From: Actinomycetes bacterium
Lineage (GTDB): Bacteria > Actinomycetota > Actinomycetes > JACCUZ01
Length of the DNA: 64,000 bases
Assembly: GCA_038246545.1 (NCBI GenBank)
Contig: JBBRVW010000025.1
Span: 3,864 to 67,863, forward strand
Direction: 5' to 3'
Shown: in pieces, positions 37,786 through 44,718 of the stretch
Numbering within the stretch: position 1 is the stretch's first letter
Layout: each line of letters starts with the position of its first letter
The notes under the pieces: model-generated
The model's input: only the letters and a program-made list of their open reading frames with translations
The model's database searches: none
What the model was told of the DNA's origin: nothing
Program-made: the position numbers and the translations under genes

Positions 37786-38492
37786 GCGAGGACCTCCGTC
37801 GTGACCGGACCGGGGACGAGCAGGCGGGCCAGGCCGAGACCGACCGCTCCGCCGATCACCTGCGCGACCAGGAAGCCGGGCACCGAGCCCGGGGCGATGC
37901 CCGCGAAGGTGTCGGAGAAGACCCGGCCGGCCGTGACGGCCGGGTTCGCGAACGAGGTGCTGGCGGTGAACCAGTACGCCGCGCCGATGTAGGCGCCGAC
38001 GGCGGGCGCGGCCAGCGCCGCGCGGCCGGTCCGCAGCAGCAGCACGACCAGCAGGACCAGACCGGCGGTGGCCACCATCTCGCTGACGCCGAGCCGCCAG
38101 CCGTCGCGGTCGGTGGTCGCCAGCTCGGTCACGGGCACGGCGTACATCACGTTCGCGAGCACGGCCCCGGCCACCGCTCCGACCGTCTGCACGCCCGCAT
38201 ACGCCACCGCGTCCCGGGCCGCCAGCGCGCCCGGCTGCCCGCGGCTGTCGAGCCACAGCACCACGGTCACCACCGGGTTGAAGTGCGCGCCGGACACCGG
38301 CGCGAGCACCGCGATCAGCACCGCCAGGCCGAGAGCCGTGACGAGGGAGTTCTCCAGCAGCTGCAGCCCCACGTCGTCGGGCGAGAGCCGCTGCGCGGCG
38401 ATGCCGGAACCCACGACCACGGCGACCAGGAGCCCGGTACCGAGGCCCTCGGCCAGCAGCCGGCGGGGCAGCGCCGGGACCGCCGTCAGCAC
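37782..38492 (-). CDS. MIP/aquaglyceroporin family channel (AqpS-like arsenite channel)
   Basis: GTG 38492 (the ORF opens further upstream). NPV and NPA boxes GAHFNPVVT and SFANPAVT. Six TM segments. Confidence 0.85.
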   Translation of the reverse strand: MLTAVPALPRRLLAEGLGTGLLVAVVVGSGIAAQRLSPDDVGLQLLENSLVTALGLAVLIAVLAPVSGAHFNPVVTVVLWLDSRGQPGALAARDAVAYAGVQTVGAVAGAVLANVMYAVPVTELATTDRDGWRLGVSEMVATAGLVLLVVLLLRTGRAALAAPAVGAYIGAAYWFTASTSFANPAVTAGRVFSDTFAGIAPGSVPGFLVAQVIGGAVGLGLARLLVPGPVTTEVLA

Positions 38493-38842
38493 GGTCGTCG
38501 CGGGACGTCGCTGCGGCCGGCGTCGTCGAGGCGGCCGACCAGCTCGCGCAGGTCGTGCAGCGCGCCGGGCCGGAGCCGGTAGTAGACGAAGCGGCCACAC
38601 GGCTCGGTCGCGACCAGGCGGGCCTGTCGCAGCGCGCGCAGGTGGTGGGAGACCAGCGTCTGCTGGAGGTCGAGCTCGTCCTGGAGGTGGCAGACGCAGA
38701 GCGACTCGCGACCGAGCAGCTCGAGGATCCGCAGCCGGACCGGGTCGCTCACCGCCCGCATCGTCTCGGCGTCGGCCGGCGTCGTACCAGCGGCGGTTGG
38801 TGTCACCTCCGCAGGAGACACCAACCGCCGCTGGTGGGTCAA
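38486..38842 (-). CDS. arsR: ArsR/SmtB family metalloregulator
   Basis: DPVRLRILELLGRESLCVCHLQDELDLQQTLVSHHLRAL. The annotated start is a weak TTG at 38842, and a 19-bp hairpin lies inside the first 20 codons. ATG 38761 (MRAVSDPVRL...) is an alternative start. Confidence 0.8.
   Translation of the reverse strand: MTHQRRLVSPAEVTPTAAGTTPADAETMRAVSDPVRLRILELLGRESLCVCHLQDELDLQQTLVSHHLRALRQARLVATEPCGRFVYYRLRPGALHDLRELVGRLDDAGRSDVPRRPC
38786..38835 (-). other. 19-bp perfect inverted repeat with a 12-nt loop (ACCAGCGGCGGTTGGTGTC...GACACCAACCGCCGCTGGT)
   Basis: Arms are 38786..38804 and 38817..38835. It sits between the Cys micro-ORF stop and the arsR ATG 38761. It is either an intrinsic terminator/attenuator without a U-tract or a protein-binding palindrome. 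Confidence 0.6.
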
Positions 38843-38868
38843 ACGAACACCTGGTGAACGCCGGCGCC

Positions 38869-38919
38869 TCAGCAGCAGCCCGGCTCGCAGCAGGTCGTGG
38901 TCTCGCAGCAGTCGTCCAT
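38869..38919 (-). CDS. Micro-ORF encoding the 16-aa Cys-rich peptide MDDCCETTTCCEPGCC
   Basis: ATG 38919 is preceded by GGGGAGGTG with a 6-nt spacer. TGA at 38871..38869. All third positions are G/C. Three vicinal Cys pairs. It is in frame with the ArsI/CadI-like gene, 12 codons after its TGA. Confidence 0.45.
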   Translation of the reverse strand: MDDCCETTTCCEPGCC

Positions 38920-38955
38920 GACGGTCACCTCCCCTCGGGTCCTCGCGTCGCCGCG

Positions 38956-39426
38956 TCAGCAGCGGGCCGACGAGGCGGCAGCCGTGTCCGACGACGAGCA
39001 GCAGGTGCCGTCGGACGCGCCCGGGCCGGGGCCACCGGTCGTGGCCCCCTCGAGGTCGGCGCCCGCGTCGGCCAGCACCGTGTAGACCTCCCAGCGCTCC
39101 GCCCCGGGCCCGGTGACCCAGACCTTGTCCTGCACGGCGTAGCAGCAGGTGGTGCCGTCCTCGACCCGGGTCGCGAGCCCCGCGCCGGCCAGCCGACGGG
39201 TGGCGGCGACGACCTCGCCGGTGCTCGCCACCTCGACCCCGAGGTGGTTCAGCGAACCGCCAGCGCCCGGGTTCTCGACGAGGACGAGCGTGAGCGGGGG
39301 CTCGTCGAGGGCGAAGTTGGCGTAGCCGGGCCGGCGCTTGGCCGGCTCGGCATCGAACAGCCGGGAGTAGAAGACGACGGCTTCGTCGAGATCGTCGACG
39401 TTGAGCGCGAGCTGGACTCGGGACAC
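38956..39426 (-). CDS. ArsI/CadI family VOC-fold metalloenzyme (C-As lyase / cadmium-induced protein type)
   Basis: GTG 39426 is preceded by GGAGGA. VSRVQLALNVDDLDEAVVFYSRLFDAEPAKRRPGYANFAL...HLGVEV...GTTCCYAVQDKVWV (vicinal Cys pair). Cys-rich tail DGTCCSSSDTAAASSARC. Confidence 0.85.
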   Translation of the reverse strand: MSRVQLALNVDDLDEAVVFYSRLFDAEPAKRRPGYANFALDEPPLTLVLVENPGAGGSLNHLGVEVASTGEVVAATRRLAGAGLATRVEDGTTCCYAVQDKVWVTGPGAERWEVYTVLADAGADLEGATTGGPGPGASDGTCCSSSDTAAASSARC

Positions 39427-39439
39427 GGGTCCTCCGGGG

Positions 39440-39640
39440 TCAGGCGCAGCAGACGCTGCGGGACGCGGTGCCGGCCGGCCGGCGCAGGCTGGCGCGCAGG
39501 GCGGCGGCCACGCCAGCCGGCAGGGCGAGGCGGGCGGCGGCGCGGCGCCGAGCTGCCCGGGCCAGCCGGGCCTCGTCGGCCTCGCGCAGCAGCCGGTCGA
39601 TCCGCGGGGCGGCGGTGTCGGACAGGTGGGTGGTGAGCAC
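39440..39640 (-). CDS. Possible small ORF (66 aa, Ala/Arg-rich, ends ...SRSVCCA) immediately upstream of the ArsI/CadI-like gene
   Basis: GTG 39640 is preceded by AGGGG with a 5-nt spacer. 63 of 66 third positions are G/C. The stop lies 13 nt before the arsI-like GTG. No family recognised, and the composition is also typical of spurious high-GC ORFs. Confidence 0.35.
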   Translation of the reverse strand: MLTTHLSDTAAPRIDRLLREADEARLARAARRRAAARLALPAGVAAALRASLRRPAGTASRSVCCA

Positions 39641-39660
39641 GAGAACCCCTTTCGAGATCG

Positions 39661-39678
39661 CATCGACGTTCGTCGATG
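39661..39678. promoter_or_regulatory. 8-2-8 perfect inverted repeat CATCGACG-TT-CGTCGATG in the divergent arsR2 / arsI-like intergenic region
   Basis: Lies between the minus-strand ORF start (39640) and the arsR2 GTG (39734). A second palindrome AGACGTCT follows at about 39700. Confidence 0.45.
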
Positions 39679-39733
39679 GATCGAGGGTGCCGCATACATA
39701 GACGTCTGTCAATACGTTGGGTAGGGTCTCCCC

Positions 39734-40096
39734 GTGCCGATCTCGACCCGTCCGCTGCTGCCGCTGCTCGAGGAGCCGGCCGAGCTGTGTTGTCCGCCGC
39801 TGGCGCAGGCGCCGCTGTCCGAGGCCGACGCCGAGGAGCTGGCCTCGCGCCTCAAGGCGCTCGCCGACCCGGTCCGGCTGAGGCTGCTGTCGCTCGTGCT
39901 CGCCAGCGGCGAGGCGTGCGTCTGCGACCTCACGGCACCGGTCGGGCTGAGCCAGCCGACGGTCAGCCACCACCTCAAGGTGCTCGCTGACGCCGGGCTG
40001 CTGGCCCGCGAGAAGCGGGGCAGGTGGGCCTGGTACCGCCTGGTGCCCGGCTCGCTAGGGGACCTGGCGGCGGTGATCGGCTCCAGCGCGCGGTGA
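39734..40096 (+). CDS. ArsR/SmtB family metalloregulator with N-terminal CC and alpha3 CVC motifs (CadC/CmtR-like)
   Basis: 120-aa ORF. EEPAELCCPPLA, ALADPVRLRLLSLVLASGEACVCDLTAPVGLSQPTVSHHLKVL. Confidence 0.9.
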   Translation: MPISTRPLLPLLEEPAELCCPPLAQAPLSEADAEELASRLKALADPVRLRLLSLVLASGEACVCDLTAPVGLSQPTVSHHLKVLADAGLLAREKRGRWAWYRLVPGSLGDLAAVIGSSAR

Positions 40097-40113
40097 GGCT
40101 GCTGCCGGCCCGG

Positions 40114-40704
40114 TCAGGGTGTGGGTGCGGCCCCGGCGTAGAGCGCCTGGCCCCACTGGGTGACGCCGAAGCTGTTGATGATCGCCTGCGACCCGGGGCT
40201 GTCGAGGTAGTCCGCCAGCTTGCGGGCGCACGCCGTGCGCGCGTCCGGGTGCGCGACGACGATGACGCTGTACGGGTCGGCGAGCCGGTCGCCACCCTGG
40301 GCGATGACGCGCAGCTTGAGCTGCTTCTGCAGCCGCAGGAACGTCGCCCGGTCGGTCAGTGCGTACGCCTCGTCGGTGGACGCCCGCATCAACGTGGGCG
40401 GCATCACGGCGTGGGTCGCGACGTACCAGGGCTTGGTCGGCCGCACCGCGGCCGCTTTCCACAGCGACCGTTCGAGGACCGCGCTGCCGGACCCGTCACC
40501 GCGGCTGCGGAACGCGTCGGTCGTCGTCGCGAGCACGATGTCCGTCGGCCCGCCGGCGCGGGGCGCCGGGTCGCTGTCCCCGCCGCACCCCACCAGCGCC
40601 ACCGGCACCACCAGCGCTGCCAGCGCGACGGCGGCGACGCGGATGGCCACGCGTCCGGCGGCACGTGAGGGGCGGGCGGTGGCTCTCCGGCTGGTGAGGG
40701 GCAC
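40114..40704 (-). CDS. Shortened TupA-like (tungstate/oxyanion PBP) lipoprotein, orphan
   Basis: GTG 40704 gives the signal ...VAAVALAALVVPVALVGCGGD. FRSRGDGSGSAVLERSLWKAA...YALTDRATFL...DPYSVIVV resembles TupA. About 90 aa between the N-terminal LATTTDA and FRSRGD seem to be missing. There are no permease or ATPase genes nearby. Confidence 0.6.
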   Translation of the reverse strand: MPLTSRRATARPSRAAGRVAIRVAAVALAALVVPVALVGCGGDSDPAPRAGGPTDIVLATTTDAFRSRGDGSGSAVLERSLWKAAAVRPTKPWYVATHAVMPPTLMRASTDEAYALTDRATFLRLQKQLKLRVIAQGGDRLADPYSVIVVAHPDARTACARKLADYLDSPGSQAIINSFGVTQWGQALYAGAAPTP

Positions 40705-40819
40705 ACCGGCATTCTCACCGCCGCACCGCGACCGCTGCCGGCGCCCCCGGCGGCTGTGAGGTCGCTGGGAGCCGGGACCGGGGGCGGCGGGCGGCCCACC
40801 GGGCGCGGACACTGGCTCC

Positions 40820-41608
40820 ATGACCTCCACGCTGCCCGCGGAGCGCACCCCGCGCCTGGTGTCGCGCCGGCTGCTGATGGCCGAGGTGGCCATCGTCCTC
40901 GGCCTGTCGTTGGGCCGGTCGGCCGTCTACTCCGCCGTGCACTGGGTGGAGGCGCTGACCGAACCCGGCGCGGTCGCCGACCAGGCCGCTGTCCTCAACG
41001 CGAGCAAGTCGCCCGGCCGGCCGTGGTTCGACCTCACCCTGCAGCTGCTCGGCCTCGGCTTCGGCCTGGTGCCGGTCCTGCTCGTCGGCTACCTGCTCGT
41101 CACGGGTGGCCAGGGCTGGGCCTCGATCGGGCTCGACCGGACCCGCGCCGGCAAGGACCTGGCCGGCGGCGCGGGGCTCGCGGCATCCGTGGGCGGCGCG
41201 GGGCTGGCGCTCTACCTCGTCACGCACGCCATCGGCGTCGACCTGACCGTCGTGGCCTCCGGGCTGCCGGACGTGTGGTGGCGGATCCCGGTGCTGCTGC
41301 TCGCCTCGGTGCAGAACGCGCTGCTGGAGGAGGTCGTCTTCATCGGCTACCTGTTGCTGCGGCTGCGGCAGCTCGGCGTCGGCGACCGCACCGCCGTCGG
41401 CGCGGCCGCTCTGCTGCGCGGGTGCTACCACCTCTACCAGGGGTTGGGCGGCTTCGCGGGCAACCTGGCGATGGGGTTGATCTTCGGGATCGTCTATCGC
41501 CGGTGGGGTCGGCTCGGGCCGCTCGTGGTGGCGCACACCCTGATGGACGCGGTCGCCTTCGTCGGCTTCGCGCTGCTCGCCGGCCGCGTCAGCTGGCTAC
41601 CCACGTGA
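40820..41608 (+). CDS. CPBP family intramembrane glutamic endopeptidase (CAAX protease/Abi)
   Basis: 262-aa ORF. Motif 1 ALLEEVVFIGYLL, motif 2 GCYHLYQ, motif 3 VVAHTLMDAVAF. Confidence 0.85.
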   Translation: MTSTLPAERTPRLVSRRLLMAEVAIVLGLSLGRSAVYSAVHWVEALTEPGAVADQAAVLNASKSPGRPWFDLTLQLLGLGFGLVPVLLVGYLLVTGGQGWASIGLDRTRAGKDLAGGAGLAASVGGAGLALYLVTHAIGVDLTVVASGLPDVWWRIPVLLLASVQNALLEEVVFIGYLLLRLRQLGVGDRTAVGAAALLRGCYHLYQGLGGFAGNLAMGLIFGIVYRRWGRLGPLVVAHTLMDAVAFVGFALLAGRVSWLPT

Positions 41609-42020
41609 TCAGGAGCCGTCCCCGGGTCCGCGCTGGCCCGGGGACACCGCGCAGCCAGGCCTGGTAGCCACCGGCGAGGTCCGTCGCCCGGGACAGGCCC
41701 AGCCGCCGGAGGGTGGCAGCGGCCAGGCTCGAGCTGAACCCCTGGTTGCAGACCACGACGACCCGGCGGTCGGGGTCGGACACCTCGGGAAGGCGATGCG
41801 GGCTGGTGGGATCCAGGCGCCACTCCAGCACGTTGCGATCGATGACCAAGGCCCCGGGCAGCTCGCCGTCCCGCCGGCGCTGCTCCGTCGGTCGGGTGTC
41901 GACGACGACGGCGCCGGCGGCCATCTCGGCCGCCAGCTCGTACGGTGGTACCCGGTCGAGACCGGCGCGCGCCTCGGCGAGCAGCGCGTCGATCCGGGAC
42001 TGGTGCGTGACGTCGGCCAT
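41589..42020 (-). CDS. Rhodanese-like domain protein
   Basis: ATG 42020 (MADVTHQ...). VVVDTRP...LPGALVIDRNVLEWRL...VVVVCNQGFSSSLAAATL active-site loop. Confidence 0.8.
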   Translation of the reverse strand: MADVTHQSRIDALLAEARAGLDRVPPYELAAEMAAGAVVVDTRPTEQRRRDGELPGALVIDRNVLEWRLDPTSPHRLPEVSDPDRRVVVVCNQGFSSSLAAATLRRLGLSRATDLAGGYQAWLRGVPGPARTRGRLLITWVAS

Positions 42021-42033
42021 CTGGCCCTCCGCC

Positions 42034-42052
42034 CGGAAGGTACGCCCTTCCG
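42034..42052 (-). terminator. Hairpin CGGAAGG-N5-CCTTCCG downstream of the methyltransferase gene
   Basis: 7-bp stem between 42079 (stop) and 42020 (next start). Confidence 0.3.
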
Positions 42053-42078
42053 CGCCCGCTGGCAGCAACTCGCGGTCG

Positions 42079-42693
42079 TCAGGTGCGGCGCAGCACCACC
42101 CAGGTGAACGGCTGGATCGCGCCCGCGGGGGTGCGGTGCTCCTCGCGCTCCGCGTGCACGAGCCCGAAGCCCGAGCCGAGCTCCGCCGTGAGCTGGTCGG
42201 CGTCGTACCGGGCAGTGGGCAGTCCGGAGCAGCTGCCAGGCCCGTCGGCGGCGAACGTGCCGAGCACCAGGAGCCCGCCCGGCTCGACGGCGGCAGTAAC
42301 GAGGTCGCGGTAGCGGACCCGGTCGGCGGGCGCCGTCAGGAAGTGGAACACCGCCCGGTCGTGCCAGACGCCGTACCGGCGCGCGGGCCGCCAGGAGAGC
42401 AGGTCCGCGACGATCAGCGTGGCGCTCGGACGGCGGTCTGCCATGCGAGCGCGCACCAGGTCCAGGGCCGCCATCGAGACGTCCAGGACGGTCACGTCGG
42501 TCCAGCCCCGGTCCAGCAGCTCCACGGCCAGCGTCGACGCGCCGCCGCCCACGTCGATCACGGACGGCGATGCTCCGGCCGGCGGGCCGATCAACCGCAC
42601 CGAGGTCTCCGGCTGGTCCTGGAACCAGCTGACATCACGTCCCGCGGTCCGGTCGTAGACCTCGTCCCAGTGCTGCGACGCGCTACCAGCCAT
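42079..42693 (-). CDS. Class I SAM-dependent methyltransferase
   Basis: ATG 42693. Motif I VIDVGGGASTLAVELL. Post-I VLDVS. Confidence 0.85.
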   Translation of the reverse strand: MAGSASQHWDEVYDRTAGRDVSWFQDQPETSVRLIGPPAGASPSVIDVGGGASTLAVELLDRGWTDVTVLDVSMAALDLVRARMADRRPSATLIVADLLSWRPARRYGVWHDRAVFHFLTAPADRVRYRDLVTAAVEPGGLLVLGTFAADGPGSCSGLPTARYDADQLTAELGSGFGLVHAEREEHRTPAGAIQPFTWVVLRRT

Positions 42694-42857
42694 CCCCGCA
42701 CGGTACCCGCGGAGGACCCACGGTCGGTTGGTCACAGCGGTGCAGCCGACGTACCGGGCGAGGGCGAGCATCCCGAGCGGCTCGCGCGCCGGCGGCCGTC
42801 GGCGCCGTCGGATCATCGTGGGAGACTGCGGGTGTGGGGGGCGGGCGAGTCGACACG

Positions 42858-43369
42858 GTGATGCTCGTGGGGATGCGACCGGCCGGTTGGCTGCGACTGG
42901 GCGCGGTGCTCATCGTGCTGGCCGGGTCTTCGCGATGCACGTCCTCGCGACCGGGCACCAGCCCGGGCCGATGCCGTCCGTCGCAGCGAGCGACTCGTCT
43001 CACGACGTAGCCGTCGTCGGCCACCGGCACCCGACCCGGCTTGCAACCGCCACGACTCCCGTCGTCCGGGCCGTCGCGATGCCCGCCGCGATGTCGTCCG
43101 CGGTGGGCGAGCTCGGATGCGGCGGGGTCTGCGCCGACCATGGCGTGAGGCGTGCGCCTGGCTGGCCGCACACCGGTGCGCACCTGCTCGACGTGTGTCT
43201 CGGGATCCTGCTGGCCGGCGCCCTCGCTGGACTTCTGCTGCTCGACGGTCGCCGCCGGCCCGGCGCCGCACGCGCGGTCCACCAGGTTGCCTGCACCCTG
43301 TCGCGGGTCGCCGCGGCCCGGCGACCCCGGCCGCCGTCGTTGGCCCAGCTCTGCGTGCTGCGCACCTGA
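42858..43369 (+). pseudogene. DUF6153-like small membrane protein, needs a 1-nt frame correction
   Basis: The frame starting at GTG 42858 gives VMLVGMRPAGWLRLGAVLIVLAG. The frame then changes at the GGG run 42924..42926 to VFAMHVLATGH...LDVCLGILLAGALAGLLLL...PPSLAQLCVLRT. The MHxL motif and the C-terminal PPSLxxLxxLR are as I recall for DUF6153. Confidence 0.6.
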
Positions 43370-43480
43370 CAGCTCCACCGGACCGTCAGCACCGCTGACC
43401 TCGTCCGGCGTCAGGTCATGCGCGGGCACCCGATCGACGGGTGCCGCGTTCTCGCAGCCCAGACCCGAAGGACCTTCACG

Positions 43481-44158
43481 ATGATGCGCTCCACGCTCCG
43501 TACCCGCACGGCCGCCTTGGGTGGCGGCCTGCTCGTACTCACCCTGGTCCTCGCCGCGTGCGGTGACGACTCCACCGCAGGCCCCGGCTCAGCGGGCACG
43601 AGCCCGACGAGCTCGTCGAGCGGCCCGGCGACCACCCCGTCCCCGACGCCGGCATCAGGGCCGCACAACGATGCTGATGTCGCCTTTGCAACCGGCATGA
43701 TCCCGCACCACGGTCAGGCAATCTTCATGGCGGAGCTCGCCGAGACGCGGGCGCAGGACCCCGCAGTGAAGGAGCTGGCCGCCGCCATCAAGGCCGCACA
43801 GGCCCCGGAGATCGCGCAGATGTCCGGCTGGCTCGTCGGGTGGGGCGCCGAGGTGCCCGACGCGGACTCGATGGCGACGGGCATGGACCACGACATGGGC
43901 AGCATGGGCGGCGACGACTCCACCGGGTTGGGCGGGATGATGAGCGCCGACGACATGACGACGCTCGAGAACGCCGCCGGGACGGGCTTCGACCGGATGT
44001 GGCTGACTGGGATGGTCGCCCACCACGAGGGCGCGGTCGACATGGCGAAGGCGGAGCTGACGAAGGGTGCCAGCCCCGATGCGACGTCGCTCGCTCGGGC
44101 CATCATCTCGGCGCAGCAGGCCGAGATCCGCACCATGACCGAGCTGCTCGCCGGCTGA
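43481..44158 (+). CDS. DUF305 domain lipoprotein (copper-homeostasis associated family)
   Basis: ATG 43481 is preceded by GAAGGA. Lipobox LTLVLAACGD. Duplicated DVAFATGMIPHHGQAI / RMWLTGMVAHHEGAV motifs. Confidence 0.9.
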   Translation: MMRSTLRTRTAALGGGLLVLTLVLAACGDDSTAGPGSAGTSPTSSSSGPATTPSPTPASGPHNDADVAFATGMIPHHGQAIFMAELAETRAQDPAVKELAAAIKAAQAPEIAQMSGWLVGWGAEVPDADSMATGMDHDMGSMGGDDSTGLGGMMSADDMTTLENAAGTGFDRMWLTGMVAHHEGAVDMAKAELTKGASPDATSLARAIISAQQAEIRTMTELLAG

Positions 44159-44177
44159 CAGTGCCCGCCTGACCGGT

Positions 44178-44212
44178 GCCGCGGTCGGCTCGTGCGCCGA
44201 GCCGACCGCGGC
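44178..44212 (+). terminator. Strong hairpin, 15-bp perfect stem (GCCGCGGTCGGCTCG-TGCGC-CGAGCCGACCGCGGC)
   Basis: Starts 20 nt after the DUF305 stop. No U-tract (I-shaped type). Confidence 0.7.
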
Positions 44213-44385
44213 GTCGCCGCCTCGGACCGATGACGTGACGGGTACGCGCCAGCGGGCGCCGCACTCCAAGCGCGCTGCAAGGCGGGCTCCACGACCGTTC
44301 CGGGTGGACCGCAGGTGCGCTGCCCGATGCTCCGTGGCGTCAGCACGACCGCCGGGCCGACGCCCACTCCCCACGGAGGACCACC

Positions 44386-44673
44386 ATGCGTCAGCTCTCC
44401 CGCACCACCCGTCTGCGCGCGGCCGGCGCCGCACTGGCGCTGCTCGGATCGCTGGCCGTCACCGCGGCCACGGCGACCGCCCCGGCCAGTGCTCACGACG
44501 AGACCGAGGGCACGACCGCGAGCCGCGGCACCACCCCGCAGCAGCTGCCGGTCGTCCACCGGGCCACCAAGAAGTGGACGACGACGTCCGCTGCCGAGGT
44601 TGCCGGATTCGCCGCGACCGACGAGTGTGTCGAGCTGCCCGGCTGTCGTCGTGGACCCACGGTCAGCTGCTGA
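44386..44673 (+). CDS. Small secreted protein, probably a truncated gene
   Basis: 95-aa ORF. SD GGAGGA. Signal MRQLSRTTRLRAAGAALALLGSLAVTAATATAPASA. It ends abruptly after ...ATDECVELPG and abuts the convergent gene. Confidence 0.45.
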   Translation: MRQLSRTTRLRAAGAALALLGSLAVTAATATAPASAHDETEGTTASRGTTPQQLPVVHRATKKWTTTSAAEVAGFAATDECVELPGCRRGPTVSC

Positions 44674-44718
44674 CGGAGTGCCGCTGAGCGGCCTGCCGTG
44701 CGGGGCGGACCGAGCCGT

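Noticed and set aside
38869-38919. Cys-rich peptide as a RiPP (lanthipeptide/thiopeptide-type) precursor
   Set aside because: There are no dehydratase, cyclase, YcaO, radical-SAM, protease or dedicated exporter genes nearby. It has no leader/core organisation at 16 aa. The context is metal/metalloid resistance.
38956-38958. TGA of the ArsI/CadI-like gene as a selenocysteine or programmed read-through codon joining it to the Cys-rich micro-ORF
   Set aside because: In-frame arrangement has a 1-in-3 chance expectation. No convincing SECIS-like hairpin follows the TGA (only a 4-bp CGCG self-pair). A strong SD precedes the downstream ATG. It is kept only as an alternative inside the micro-ORF finding.
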